A stretch of DNA of 64,000 nt from Tubulanus polymorphus (taxonomy: Eukaryota; Animalia; Nemertea), in assembly GCF_964204645.1 (NCBI RefSeq), contig NC_134025.1, positions 30,236,299 to 30,300,298 of the forward strand, written 5' to 3'. The notes beneath the pieces are model-generated. The model was not told the DNA's origin and did not search any database. It saw nothing but the letters and a program-made list of their open reading frames with translations. Numbering within the stretch: the stretch's first letter is position 1; each line of letters opens with the position of its first letter. Below, piece after piece: positions 26,401-40,283 of the stretch. Both the position numbers and the translations under genes were made by a program.

Positions 26401-29400
26401 CTTCGCGTTTAGCTTTTTCAGCCGCGAGTTCCGCTTCTTTTTCCGCCGCCAGTTCAGCCAACGCTCGACGGTATTCTTGAGGGAATACCTGTTCATATAC
26501 ACACAATACAGTTTATAAACAAATCAAAGTGACAGGTTAATGACTGGTGTTCCCTCTGCCACAAACCTTATAGAAATCTTTAATTGCATCATCCCAATGT
26601 CCGAGGATGTATTGAGCGACCGTTGATCCAGTTTTATCGGCGAATTCCATGAGAATGTTCTGTAAGAATTCCAGGTCATCTCTCTCGACAACTTCTTCCA
26701 AATCAATCATCTCAAAGTTACATTTATTCAGGAAAACGTGTTCTCTACAACAACAATATAAACGGTATTAGAGTTTAGAGAGATATTCATGCTGGTATCA
26801 ATGTAAAGTTCATCCAGAGCTTACTTGTCATAGACATAGGCGAGACCTCCTGACATTCCAGCACCGAAGTTACGTCCAGTAAGACCTAGAATCACAGTAC
26901 GCCCTCCTGTCATATATTCACATCCATGATCACCACAACCCTGAAATCAGACGCATATCAGAAAATGATCATCATCACAAACCCACAGAGAATTTACTGC
27001 CCTACACTTCGAGCTGATTACCTCAGATACAGCGATAGCTCCTGAATTCCTAACGCAGAATCTTTCAGCCGCTTGTCCTCTGAAGAAAGCTTTTCCAGAA
27101 GTAGCGCCGTACAAGACAACATTACCTACTATTATATTGTCTTCCGAGTAGAAATCTTCCGGCATATCTTTAGGTGGATAGATAGCGATTTCACCACCGG
27201 ATAATCCCTAAGAATAATGAGAGCAACATGAGAGACACAAGAGCACAAGGAAGAACCTACTACGAATAGAGATTGCTTACCTTCCCAACATAGTCATTAG
27301 CATCACCTTCTAATTCAACACTGACACCTTTAGCCATGAACGCGCAGAAACTTTGTCCTGCAGATCCCTTGAGTTTGATGTTAATACTCTTATCCGGAAG
27401 ACCTAGCTCGATATATTTCCTGTAAAGATTGAAAATATATGATTCAGTTGAAATCAGAGATGGAATCAATGTCAGTAAAATGCCAATGTGTCTTGAAACA
27501 TCAACAAGTGAGGGTTAGATAGAATAGGATAGAACTTACTTAGATATGTAATAACTCAAAGTGGCACCAAATGTTCGATCTTCATTCTTGATATCCATTT
27601 CAATGGAACATTGTTTTGAATTACCCTCAATTACATCTTTCGCTTGTTCGAGTACAATATAATCCTAGAATCAATTAGAGATTATAAGATCCTCCTTCAA
27701 AATTGAAAGTAATTCTAGAAGAGACAGATGCAGTTGGAAAGTCACCCCTGAAAACATACCAGTCTTTTTTCTAACTGGAAATCCTGTTTCACTGAACCGG
27801 CGACCATGTTTACATCAGGACGCATTCGGAATGCCGGTTTCAACATCTTCTCGAAGTTGAGCAGCATCGATTTCTTCGTGTCTCTCTTGTCTGATAATTT
27901 CAGTTTGTCAGTTCGTCCGATCATTTCTTGAAACGTGCGGAAACCTAATTTAGCCATGATTTCTCGCACTTCTTCCGCTACTAAGAACAAGTAGTTTACT
28001 ACGTATTCAGGTTTGCCAGCAAACTTTTTCCTGAGAACAGGATCCTGAAATACAACTATGTCATATTAATTAACAATTCAACTTAACAAACAGGGGCCAG
28101 TTGCTGAAAAATAGTTGATTTAACCTTAGGATAATTTTCTACCCATTGGTAATAAGAACTAAACGTAATCCCAAAGATCGGTTCACTTTAATCGCTGGTT
28201 AAGAAATTTAACCAGTAGTTAAAGTTTTGAGAACGAGTTGAACCATCCTTTGAGCTACCAGCCCCTGATAGCTTTCAGGTAATAAGAATTGAAACCCTAA
28301 CCTGTGTAGCAATGCCCACTGGACACGTATTCAAGTGACATTTTCTCATCATTGTACAACCGAGTACAATAAGTGGAGCAGTTGACATTCCGAATTCATC
28401 AGCTCCGAGTAAAGCTCCCATTACTACATCTTTCCCTGAAATAAACACAGAAAAATATTGCCTTGTCTTCTTAAAATCCATTTTTTCATCATCTTAAAAA
28501 TTTCACTCCACTGACCGGTTCGGATTTGTCCATCTGTCTGTACCGTGACCCTCGATCTTAGATCATTCATCACTAGAACCTGATGTGTCTCTGATAATCC
28601 CAGTTCCCACGGTAACCCGGCATGTTTTATACCGGTCCAGCTACTGGCACCAGTTCCGCCGTCATGGCCCGATATAACAATGTGTTCAGCTTTACCCTGC
28701 AATATAGATTACACTTTACTCAGTAGATCTAATCATCAACACAACTGAGTAATGAGTTTGAATATTCAATGATACCTTCGCAACACCAGCAGCGATGACA
28801 CCAACTCCAACTTCAGATACTAATTTCACACTGATTCGTGCTTCTGGATTCGAACATTTCAAATCATAAATCAACTGAAATATAACAAGAAGCTGTGAGT
28901 TACATGAAGTATCATACATAGTCTTAGTATCTAGCCAACTAGAGGCGAGTAACTGGTAAGCAGACCTATATCATATAGATATCTATCGGTAAATACTTAC
29001 TTCACCCAGATCCTCAATAGAATAGATATCATGATGAGGTGGCGGACTGATTAAACCAACTTTTGGCGTCGTGTGACGAGTTTTAGCTATTTCTTTTGAC
29101 ACCTGAAAATATGAACCGACATAAAACATCATTTCTACTATCTTCATACAATATGCTGGTAGGAACAACTTTCACAGTTCATCTGTGAAACTGAATCCCG
29201 AGTATTTACTAAATGAAATACCTTTTTACCCGGTAATTCACCACCTTCTCCGGGCTTCGCGCCTTGGGCCATCTTAATTTGCAAGTCTTCTGCGTGTGCT
29301 AGGTACGAACTAGTGACACCAAATCTACCTGATGCAACCTGTAGAAGGAATTTGTAAATTTTGGGAGACATATTCGAGCAAAGAAAAATACTCTCAAGTG

Positions 29401-32400
29401 AACTAACGATGTATGAACCTGTTTAATGGCTGAACACTTGTTCACTTCAGGATTCTGGTTTAAATATCGGTCAGGATTTTCTCCACCTTCTCCCGTGTTT
29501 GACTTTGCTCCAACTCGGTTCATAGCGATGGCGAGAGTTGAATGAGTTTCTAATGAGATACTACCAAAACTCATAGCACCTGCAGATATCAAAATAAAAC
29601 TGTTATTACTCACAACAGTCAATACCGTCATCCACTAACACATCATTTCAGTTCTTATAGATGAAGGATTCCAAAATTCCCTCATATTTCCCTAACCCTA
29701 GACCAAAAATTTTCTGAGGCCCCTTCTTACGAAGAGGTTCCTTGTGCCTCTCGGCACCAGCAAGAATACAATGACACGAAAAATGCAATATCCCTTTTGA
29801 AGAGTCAGAATCAATCCCCTTATTTTGCCTGATTTCCCTGATCTGTAAGAACCCTGACATTTGAGATTTCTAAGATTAACCACTTGGAGATGAATCTATT
29901 TTAACTGTACAAACACTGTAAGTGTTTTATTTCATACCTGTAGCGAATCTTTTGACGATTTCTTTAGCTGGTTCCACCTCATTGATATCAATAGATTCAT
30001 CGGTGAAATCTAACTGTAACTGACCGCGTAGAGTACAGTTCTTCGTACTGTCGTAAGCAGACTCTAAAAACTTCATATACGACGCTTTATCTTTCTTACG
30101 TGCAGCTTCCTAAAATTCAATCAACAATACCTCAGCGAAAATAGATACCTAGTTTGAACTACAGTTAGATCTATCATCTTAGTGAATCCTAGAAAGACCC
30201 AATGTAAAATATGTCGACTTGTTACACTGACGTTTCATTTCTAATAGATCTCTTAAGAAGCATTACATCAGCGTTAACAAGATTTTCATTATTAAATCTT
30301 CATATTTCAGAATTTTTCACATACAATACATATGATAGACTGTGACAAGAAAAAAATTGATTAATGCTAGAATGCTAGCGTTTACCTGTAGATTAGCGAT
30401 ATTTAGTGGATCATTCATATGCTGTTCACCTCCATCTCTCCAGTGATAGAATCCTGGGTTTATAACTATACGATTGTCAGACTGTCTGTCAGAGTACGCG
30501 TATTGATGCCTTTCTAAAGTCTGTAAATCAAAAACAACAGTTAGTTACAATCAACTGCAAGGGTGATACACATTAACTACTTTGGGTTTCATTTTTGAAA
30601 TACTGAGAATATATCAATGTCATGAAGTTCCTTACCTCGCCGGCTAAAATCTTAAAGTTGATACCTCCTAGTTTAGATACAGTTCCTCTGAAACAACGGT
30701 CAATGACTCCCGGGCCGAGTCCGACAGCTTCAAATATCTGCGCGCCTTTGTAACTCTGTAGCGTCGATATACCCATCTTAGCCATAACTTTACATATACC
30801 TCGTCCAGCAGCCGAGGCAAAGTGTTCATAGATCTCCTGATCGGTGAGGGGTGGATCTAGTAAACCTTGTTCTCGTAGGTTACGCATCGTTTCAAATACG
30901 AGGTACGGACAAATAGCGTCTGCTCCGTAACCTAGCAACGTACACAAGTGATGCACCTCCCTGTATATGAAATGACAGCAACAATATCAAAATAACTGCT
31001 TCCGTTTGTCAGCCATCAAAACCCAGTTCCACAGTTCAGAGTTTAGATTTGACCCTACGCATAAATTAGCAAAAATGAACCGATTTGAGACTCTGGAGTC
31101 AAATTCAATGAAGAACTGTAGAACCGAGTCCTGGAGCCAGTTCTACAGTTACAAGTTAAAATTTGACATAACTGGAAATTATCTAATTCAAACTTCATAC
31201 TGTCAAATATAACTCTGAAACGTATTGGAAACATGAATTCAGTTGAAATCGATACAAACCTCGGTTCTCCAGATTCGACAATCAAACCAACTTTCATTCG
31301 TAATTTCTTTTCAATGAGGAAGTGATGCACGGCACCGACCGCCAGTAAAGACGGTACCGGTATATAATCAATACAAGCCTTCCTATCGGAGAGTATAATC
31401 AGCGAGTTCCCGCGTTCAACTGCTACTTCTACTTCTTCACAAATTCTCTCTAAAGCTCGTTCCAGTTCATTCACGGTTTCCGTCAAAGGGTAAACCGTAT
31501 TCACAGTCGCTGTCTAAAAACATTCAAAATATCATTGCATTACAGTCGACTCCGCTTAGCTCAGAGCTCGGGGGACAAATAAATTCTCTCATCAGGGCAG
31601 TCGGAGCAGGGATGGGTCATTATTACGAGTAATTGGAGTAAGAAAATGGTTATGATGTCATCAGGGGCATGTGATAATTCGAGGCAATGGACTTTAAAGT
31701 AAACTCAGAAGATTACATAAAGAAAAATCCCGAGTCCACCCGATGAAAAGATTTGAAAATAATCTCACCTTCCACGTTTTGTAATTAGTCGCCTGAATAA
31801 CTGATAAATCATCGAGTGAGATGACTGGATGTCTCAACCAAAGTCTCTGACACTGCTGTTTGCCAGGTTCAAGTAAATTCGCTGCTGGTCCCACCGGTGC
31901 TTCCTAAAAACGAAATGAACAAGATCTCGAAATATTCTATTTTTTCCCATTTTCTAAATCATGTTTGACAAGTCAGATCGAAACTTACTAATGACATGAT
32001 TATTTGTTCTCTAAATGGATCAATTGGTGGATTTGTGACTTGAGCAAATAACTGTTTGAAATATTCAAACACTAATGGATTATATAATGATAAACAGGCG
32101 AGAGGAATATCATTACCCATTGAACCGAGAGCTTCTTTCCTGCAATTAGAACAGATTATTATTCATTTAGGGAGAACATGCTTCAGACTCGAACTTAACC
32201 AACAACCGAAATAACATGAACTCCACAGTAAGACAGTTCACAATGAACTTATTTGACCCACAATTATTGAACTCAGCAGTTTATCATTTTCTCAGTGATT
32301 CCACACTTACCTGTCTCTGATCATAGGCAGCACTAACATATTCAGTGTTTCAACCGTATAACCAAACATAGGTAAACGTCTATCCTCTTCAACCACTCCA

Positions 32401-35038
32401 CCCTGATAACTAGTCACACTGTCTAACCTCTTCAGAGATCTCATCGGACGAAGAGATTTACGTAAATCATCCAACGTTACAATCTATAATCCACAAAATG
32501 AACACAGTTAACTCAGGCTTACTCGGTCAGGAGGGACTGCTGTAAATATTTGTTGACAATCAGGGAAATAAAAGGTTTTCCAAGTTTAGTATAAGTATGA
32601 GCATAATCCACCAAGTCGACCTGCACAAAGTAAGAAGGATTTCACTTTAAGGTTGTTTTTGATCTCACCTCAGATGTCCATTCTAAAACTGGTCGCAGCG
32701 ATGAGAGATGTTTCTTCAATTCATCATCGTTCCAAAATATTTTTTCCTGAGTATCGACCAGTAACATTCGTCCAGGTTTCAAACGTTGCTGCAACAAATC
32801 GAAACCGTACAAATTAAACAAAGTCTGCAACAAATCTGAGAACGGACTCAACACACAAAGTCCTTAAGAGAGTTTTACCTTCATGAGGATATCGGATGAT
32901 TTAAGATTAGTAACTCCCACTTCACTGGACATGTACATGTGACGATCTTTCGACACGTAGAATCGAGATGGTCGAAGCCCGTTACGATCTAAAATCGCTC
33001 CGATATATCTCCCATCGGTAAACGCTAGCAACGCTACAATAATCAGTCATATCACATTCAATATCTACATCACAAATAACATCTCATATTCCATGTTCGA
33101 TGCTAGGAATTGGAATAGTTTTATATTATCACTAAATTCATATCATACCATATAAACTTACCCGGTCCATCCCAAGGTTCCATAGACATAGCGGCCCACT
33201 TATAGAAAGCTATCTTCTCTTCGGACATGACCGTATCATTGTGCCAAGCTTCCGGAACCATTGTAACCACCGACTACAGAACAGAATTACAACAAATCGT
33301 GCCAAAATATGTGAGAAAATATTCATAATTTATGGAGATATGATAAACATTGAATAAAACAGAAATGAATATACACAGATTAGTATCAACAGCTTTGTCT
33401 CCATGCAGGGAATATAAACGACAAGTTACAACTATTGGTTGTCCCTGGAAGAGACTTGAAACTATTAAAAATCATGCAACTCTTTATTTTCATTTATCCA
33501 TCTGGGTATAAGCTGTCTTACTAATCTAGAAGCCTCACGTAAAAACGTCATGAAAGAAAAATCTAATTTGAAAGACAATAGTAATTTCTTGAATCAGATT
33601 TAGCGAAATTGAAATCAGTGGTTATTAATGAAAAACATATGTACTACACTGAACCGGTACAATGAGTAGAATATGAGAAATTCAAGAAACTTCTGATTAA
33701 AAACAAGATGAAACATAATTGAAAGACAATTTGTGAATTTTGGCGAGCGATGTATACATGGAAAGCATCTGAAATATTTCACCGATTTAAAATCAATAAT
33801 TAAAACAGGATTCTTACTGATCAGGGAAAAAAAATCTAATTCCCTGATATTTTCCGACCCCTGACCAAAAATTCCCCTGATTAAATCACGCGATATCCTC
33901 AGTTGTGGCTGTTACTTATGGAGAGGTTCCTTGTGCCACAAATCATCAGTCAGAACAACAGGACATAAAAAAATTCCCATACATTTCCTTGATTTTCAAG
34001 AAAAGATTTAAAATTCGCTGATATTTCTCTGATCTGTAAAAACCCTGTTAACAGCTGAAAAACAACGACAGAAAATTAAATGTATTCGGTATTTAACACT
34101 ACAAGCACAACATGCTTTAGAAACGATCAAAACACGTCACAATAGCAGACACGATTTCAGAAATCTGAATCTCTGCTACTTGTCGGGTTTTGCGTTTGAA
34201 TATCAACTTACTGATTTATTTTGTGTCTTACTAGGATTATTTTTGTATTTCTGAGGTATGGCAGGAGCTTCCTATAGTGGGTGAAAAATGTCATGAAAAT
34301 ATTGTAAAAATGTATTTTCAATTTGACGTTTCACTCTTGAAAGATTGCTACTTTCAGTAATAATTAATTTTAACTTTATCTAGAATGATATCAAATACAC
34401 ACATGCCCTTCATTCAATCTGACATGAACATCAACATATCATAAAGCAGTTTAAAGGTAATTCTTCATTATCATTATCAATCTAGTCAAACGACATCAAT
34501 GAATTCAACATACAGGCATAGAAAATTGATACAAAGATCTTTTTAGTAAATAAGAAATATCACAACAAAACAAAAATGTTATTTCTCGAAAACACAACAA
34601 ACACACTCTTCAAAAATAAATTGATTCAAACTGACAGGTTATAAGTGCTAAAGCGATCTATACTACTGTCAACCGCGTAAAGCTACAAATTCACAATAAC
34701 AATTTGAAAAGAAATTCAAAGATGAATGCAAAAATTGACAACAAATAGTCTTTATCAGACGAGACAGAAATAACAGAACAGTGCATGCCATGCCAATCAT
34801 TCATCTGATATTTAAACTACACGCCTTTAGCAGTATCTAGCAAGCGCTTCTTGGTGATTCAATCAATGTAATAGCAGCTTAAGCAGAAAAACATTTTGTA
34901 AGTACATCTCAGAGAAAAACCCACAATCGAACGCAAAACTAGAAAATTGCCATTTTCAAAAACTGAAATCGATAGCAATTGAGTTGAAATGTTAAGATTA
35001 TTTTCCTTCGATTCTGGGATTTTACCCTTACTGGTATC

Positions 35039-35099
<61 letters not shown>

Positions 35100-38000
35100 C
35101 ATATTCCAGTGACTTGTCTTTTGATGTACATGTTAAATTAATAAATATAAGCCATGTTCACACTATCACTGGTTAGTGCATTCTAATTTGACCTTGTGCC
35201 TGGAGAAGACCAAGAAAAAAATTTTTGCTGGTGTGAACATTCTTGGAATGGACTAAATTTAGAACGTTCAAAATAACTAATAGTGGGAACACAGCTATAG
35301 ATATACACACTTCTAATATCATCACTTCTTCACAGCAACAACAGCACAACATCATTACATCATAACTGAATCCTTCATTTTAAAATTGATATGATCTGAA
35401 TATGAAGTTGAGTTGCATGCAACGAAACCAAATATCTACACGTAATGAATATATAGGTAGTAATTTACTTGACCTGTTCAGTCTGTATGTTCTGCCAAGC
35501 CTCAGGGACCATCGTTACAACTGCCTGAATTCGATTAGCGTTAGGAGAAAAGATGAATAATCGATAAGACTTTTAGCTAAAAAGGTCCTTAAATCCTTTC
35601 AGCATCGCATCCTAAAATAACCACGTCTTTTATGAGAAAATCGATTACAATTGAGTGAAGGAAAGAGACTCGATGATTCGATTAGCGAGACATCTACAAC
35701 ACATTCCACATTACTGGTGTTTGATTTGAGAGATCCCCAAAAAACAGAGAAACTCCAATAAATAGTATCAACATGCTAATAATGCCATTTGAGAAATACC
35801 ACGTGAATCCACATTCAATAGTTCAGAATCCAGTTCCACAGTTGTGAGTTATGATAGGACTCTTTAGAGTTAAAACATTGGCAATGAACTGGAGCCAGTT
35901 CTACAGTTGTGAGTTACAATAGGACTCTTAGAGTTCAAACATCAGCAATGAACTGGAGCCAGTTCTACAGTTTTGAGTGAGATATGACTGTAGAATGAAC
36001 ATGAACTGAATTTTTTATGTGACAACTGTCAAACTGGGTCCGGTATAACGATTTCCCAATAGAAAATAAACCCAAAATCATAGTTCACCTCGGGTAATGT
36101 TCTCGGACTGCAGTTACACAGGAATTCAAGTACGTTATCGACGCAGCCCGAATCCGACATTCCATCTTCAATAACCGGAAATATCTTCTGTAGATCATCT
36201 CCGTATTGATCGCTTTTCATGATGCCCTCACGAGCTTTCATTAGATTCACGTTCCCGCGTAATGTATTGATTTCACCATTATGAGCGAGATACCTACAAT
36301 TACACAGTATTTATTATTACATATGAAAATTTCTAAAGTTAAGAAATTTCTTTCTGGGTTCTTATAGATTTTTCAATTTCATTTTCAATAACCTTTCCAT
36401 ACCCAGACTGCAAGTTTTTCATACCCCTAAGATACACAGTGCCAACATAAAAGAGGCATTGTATTCAAGGTAAATAAGTGCCAATTATCAATACCATCAA
36501 CTAAGTGTTTTCATAACATTTGTTTTCAAATATGTAATAACATATTTAGGTAAATAGCCTAAAATTCAAAATAGAAGGAAAATTTTGTTTTGAGACCATT
36601 TTCTGATTTTCCAGACATTTTCCATAGCTAAAGAGAAAAAAACAAAAATTTCCATAGCTTTTCCAGGGCCTGGAAAAATTTCCCATTTTCCAAAGACTTT
36701 CCAAAACCCGTAAGAAAGTTGATTGTTCTACCTTTGTGGATGAGCTCGTTCCCAGCTCGGGAATGTGTTTGTTGAGAATCTACTGTGAATCAACGCGAGA
36801 TGAGTTTTGAATTCAGGATTCTTTAAATCTTCGAAATAATCCCACAATTGAAGCGAAGTAAACTGGCCCTGTATCAAGTAAAACATGTATTACAGGGATT
36901 TTAGTTTTTCGTGAAAATGTCGGCAAATAATTGATGAATTTTTAACGTTACCTTGTAAACGATAGTTTTAGTAGAAAGACTACAAATATAGAATCGAAGT
37001 TCATCATCTTCGTTCACACTGTGAGACGCTTGTTTTCTCAAAACATAAACCTGTGAAATTTCAGAAAATTTGTCAAATACATAAAAAACCTGGTTCCAGT
37101 TCTACTGTTCGGGTTTAGATTTAAGACCAGGGGCCGGTTCCATAGTCGAGACTTAAGTCCAAAAGTGGTCTTAAATCTTAAGACTGGTCATAAGCTGTTA
37201 GATTAGCTATATAACTAAGATAGTCTTAGACTGGTCTTAAGTCTAAGCCATGACTATGGAACCGGCCCCAGGGCCTTGGTTTCATGGCCAATCTAACTAC
37301 TTAAGATCTACTTAAAATCAATCCTTATATCAATCAAAAGCACTTCTGGACTTCAGTCACAACTGTTCAAATGGGCCCCGAGTCAGGTTATGTTCGATCC
37401 TATAGAGTTAAAATTGGCTCATTTGAAATCTAGAGTGCAATTCTAACCAGGAAATGTGTGACCAGCTCCTGGCAGGGCCGGTTCCAAAGTCATGGCTTAG
37501 ACTTAAGACCAGTCTAAGACTATCTTAGTTCTATAGCTGATCTAACAGCTTAAGACCAGTCTTAAGATTTAAGACCACTTTTGGACTTAAGTCTCAACTA
37601 TGGAACCAGCCCAGATTCCTTATAGGAACATTGAATATTTTATTCATCTAATCTATCAGCAATAAATCTCTTTCTGACTCAAGGTTTTATGTTAAGAAAT
37701 TGAATGAATTTTAGGGCAAATGAAAGCATTTTTAATTTGAACTTTCAGATCGGTCTCGAGTTGTTTGTACCTTGCGCTCAAATTCTTCATCACTGAAATT
37801 GCTCGTCACAAACACCTAAAATAAACAGTAAAATCACTATTAGAATTGAATATCTAATTTAATCAGATCATTCGCTTCAGTGAAAAACAGAATCGATGGA
37901 AACTATCCATTATGAAGGCAAATCAAATTTCAGAGACTCAATCATGCTGAGAACCGGGGGAGGGTTCTAATGAATTTTAGATGGAATAAGTAATCAGTCA

Positions 38001-40283
38001 TGTTCGTCTATAATTACGTTACACGACGATAAGATTTTCGGGGGATTTATTTACGGCTTACGAATAATGAAAACTCTGTCACACATAAAATCATCTAATA
38101 TCGATCAATAACATTGTACTGTAACATATATATCAGCATTAAACTGATGGACGAACTAGGATCGGCCGCTTACACAACATCAGAATTGTGACAAAACTGA
38201 ATGATTTTATTCGTTAACGGCATGTGACAATTTATCAGAGCAGCGCGGACTCGGTCGTAGAATATAGTTATACAATGAATAGAAACAGCTGGTTTAATGT
38301 AGATCCAGGCACTTCACGTGAACAACTGTTTGACGACTAAACTCTACCTGTTCACGTGCACAACAGCGCTCTATCTCAGACCGGGGTTCAAAATAATGAA
38401 ATCTCGGTGAAAGGTCAAAGTCATAAAAATATAATCAGCTCATGATCGTCCAATAAAGAGACAATGACTTGAATAACTTCCAAGAGAATGCTATTAGTGC
38501 ATGTCAACTTATTCAACACTTATATAAAATCTTTCTTGGAATATAAATAGATTCATGATTTATTTATGTTTTGTGACTAGTTCATAAAGATCAGCATTTT
38601 ACTTCACAAAATCTAGTAGCTGTAATGGGTTTGTTTATGTTCAAATTTGTAAAGAAATGTTTTTCTTGCATTACCTGTCTCATAAATGGTTCCCTATCTC
38701 GGGCTATTTTACCGATAGCTGAACTATCAACAGGAATTGTTCTCCATCCAATCACCTGCAAACACAGATAATATTCTGAGATCTTCGAAAAATTCATTAA
38801 TATCAATATGGGAGAGAGGGGGTTCGGGGTGCTAAAAATCAGTGAAATTTTGCGGAGTATATCATGAACGACCCCCTTATCAAACTAATGAGATCTTTAC
38901 ATTAAATGTTATCAGCGAAAGTTATGAGTTTTCCAACAAATAGCTAATAGCACTTAGAAACCTGCACAGCTTAATTAAGATACTGCACAGCTCAGTTTTC
39001 CTCTGTCATCGCTATTTACCTGAATATCGAGGTTATTCGCGAAATTTGTAAACATAGTTTCAGCGACATTTGACGTTTCTTTGTCCAGAAAAAAAATACC
39101 CGTTGCATATTTTCCGGGTGGAGGCAGAGAAATACCTGATTCAGATCTGCAACAATACGATAGATCGAGATAAAAAATTTCATAAAAATCTGTCGGTGAA
39201 TTTTGCTTTATCTTTTTGAATCCATAGCAACAACTTAAATCATTCACAGCTAAAACCACATTAGAAAGGCAGGTTCCCAAAACCATCGAGAGATAAAGTT
39301 CTTTTATTGAAGATTTATCTCAGTAATGAAGCTCAGTTATAAGAGCACGAAGGTTATGGAAATGAATAGAAAAATTTACCGGGCAAAGAATACAAAGTGC
39401 CAGGTATAACGTATACATGTATCATAAATACAGGGAACTAAACTAAAGCAGTTTATGTAATAAAAACCTTTGTATAAAACGATGTATTTATTTATATTCT
39501 ATGTAAGAGAGAAGATGATTTATGCAGCCAGTTTTATTTTTATGGATTTCTATTACAAAGTACTTAGGCTAAACAAAAATGATACCTTGTTTCTCCGCAG
39601 CGGCCGGGTCATTTTTGTAAAATATGATAAAATTTATAAACAGTTCATTTCTATAGCGGCCGGGTCTGTTATGGTAAAATTGATCACGATTTTAAAAAAA
39701 GTAATGTATAGGGTAGATAGGCGGCCGGCCGGGTCAACATTTAAGCTCAGCAGAGCGGAGAAACAAGGTATACATTTTTTTTAGCCTTATACAGAATGTT
39801 TCTTGATGTCGAATAGAAGTTGAATGGCAATGAAAGAACTTCATAGATGTTCATTTTTATGAGAATAGAATTACTTCGTACCTGAATGTACAGGTTCCTT
39901 ATGATTCAAGTAAACCAGATTGTGGAACTTACTTCAAGATAGAAGCGTAAAGATCATGTGGTATCCCGGCGAGAAGCCCGGCGCCATCACCGCTGTCATT
40001 ATCACACGATACAGCACCGCGATGTTCCATACGGGTCAACATTACCTTCGCATCTTGTAAAACCTTAAAAAAAAAAAAAAAATTAAAAAATAAAATTCCT
40101 CGAGAGTTGATATTTCTATGTGAAAGAAGTTTGAATTTAACCGACCCGATTGGAGCGAATTCCGTCGATGCTGACGACGTATCCGACGCCGCAAGCTTCC
40201 TTTTCCTGCTCCGGATCGTATAATCCAGTTGGGTACGGAAGACCGTCTCGTGGACGAAGGGTTAAACCCTTTACGCTAGACAT
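23420..40283 (-). CDS. Glutamate synthase (GOGAT), eukaryotic single-chain NADH type (fused alpha and beta subunits), many exons
   Basis: ATG at 40283, then [15 protein letters not shown] (Ntn-amidotransferase Cys after the propeptide), [29 protein letters not shown] and MEPWDGP. FMN domain: [36 protein letters not shown]. 3Fe-4S: [24 protein letters not shown] domain: [13 protein letters not shown]. Beta part: [50 protein letters not shown]. Stop TAA at 23420-23422. Confidence 0.97.
35045..35097. repeat. (TA)n microsatellite in a GOGAT intron
   Basis: Perfect TA run. Confidence 0.97.
35474..35524 (-). other. Partially duplicated alternative GOGAT exon ([17 protein letters not shown])
   Basis: 51 nt with an AG acceptor at 35525-26 and a GT donor at 35472-73, phase 0-0. 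It is paralogous to the 5' part of the complete exon 33162-33273 ([13 protein letters not shown]...). Confidence 0.75.
37131..37268. mobile_element. Tourist/PIF-Harbinger-like MITE, CAG target duplication
   Basis: Terminal inverted repeats gggccggttccatagtc...gactatggaaccggccc with CAG on both sides. Fragments of the same family lie at ~23670-23880. Confidence 0.8.
37476..37611. mobile_element. Second copy of the same MITE, in inverted orientation
   Basis: Near-identical reverse complement of 37131-37268, flanked by CAG/CAG. Confidence 0.8.

Noticed and set aside
23420-40283. GOGAT as bacterial contamination or recent horizontal transfer
   Set aside because: It has dozens of spliceosomal introns and the fused eukaryotic architecture, and the enzyme is normal in invertebrates.
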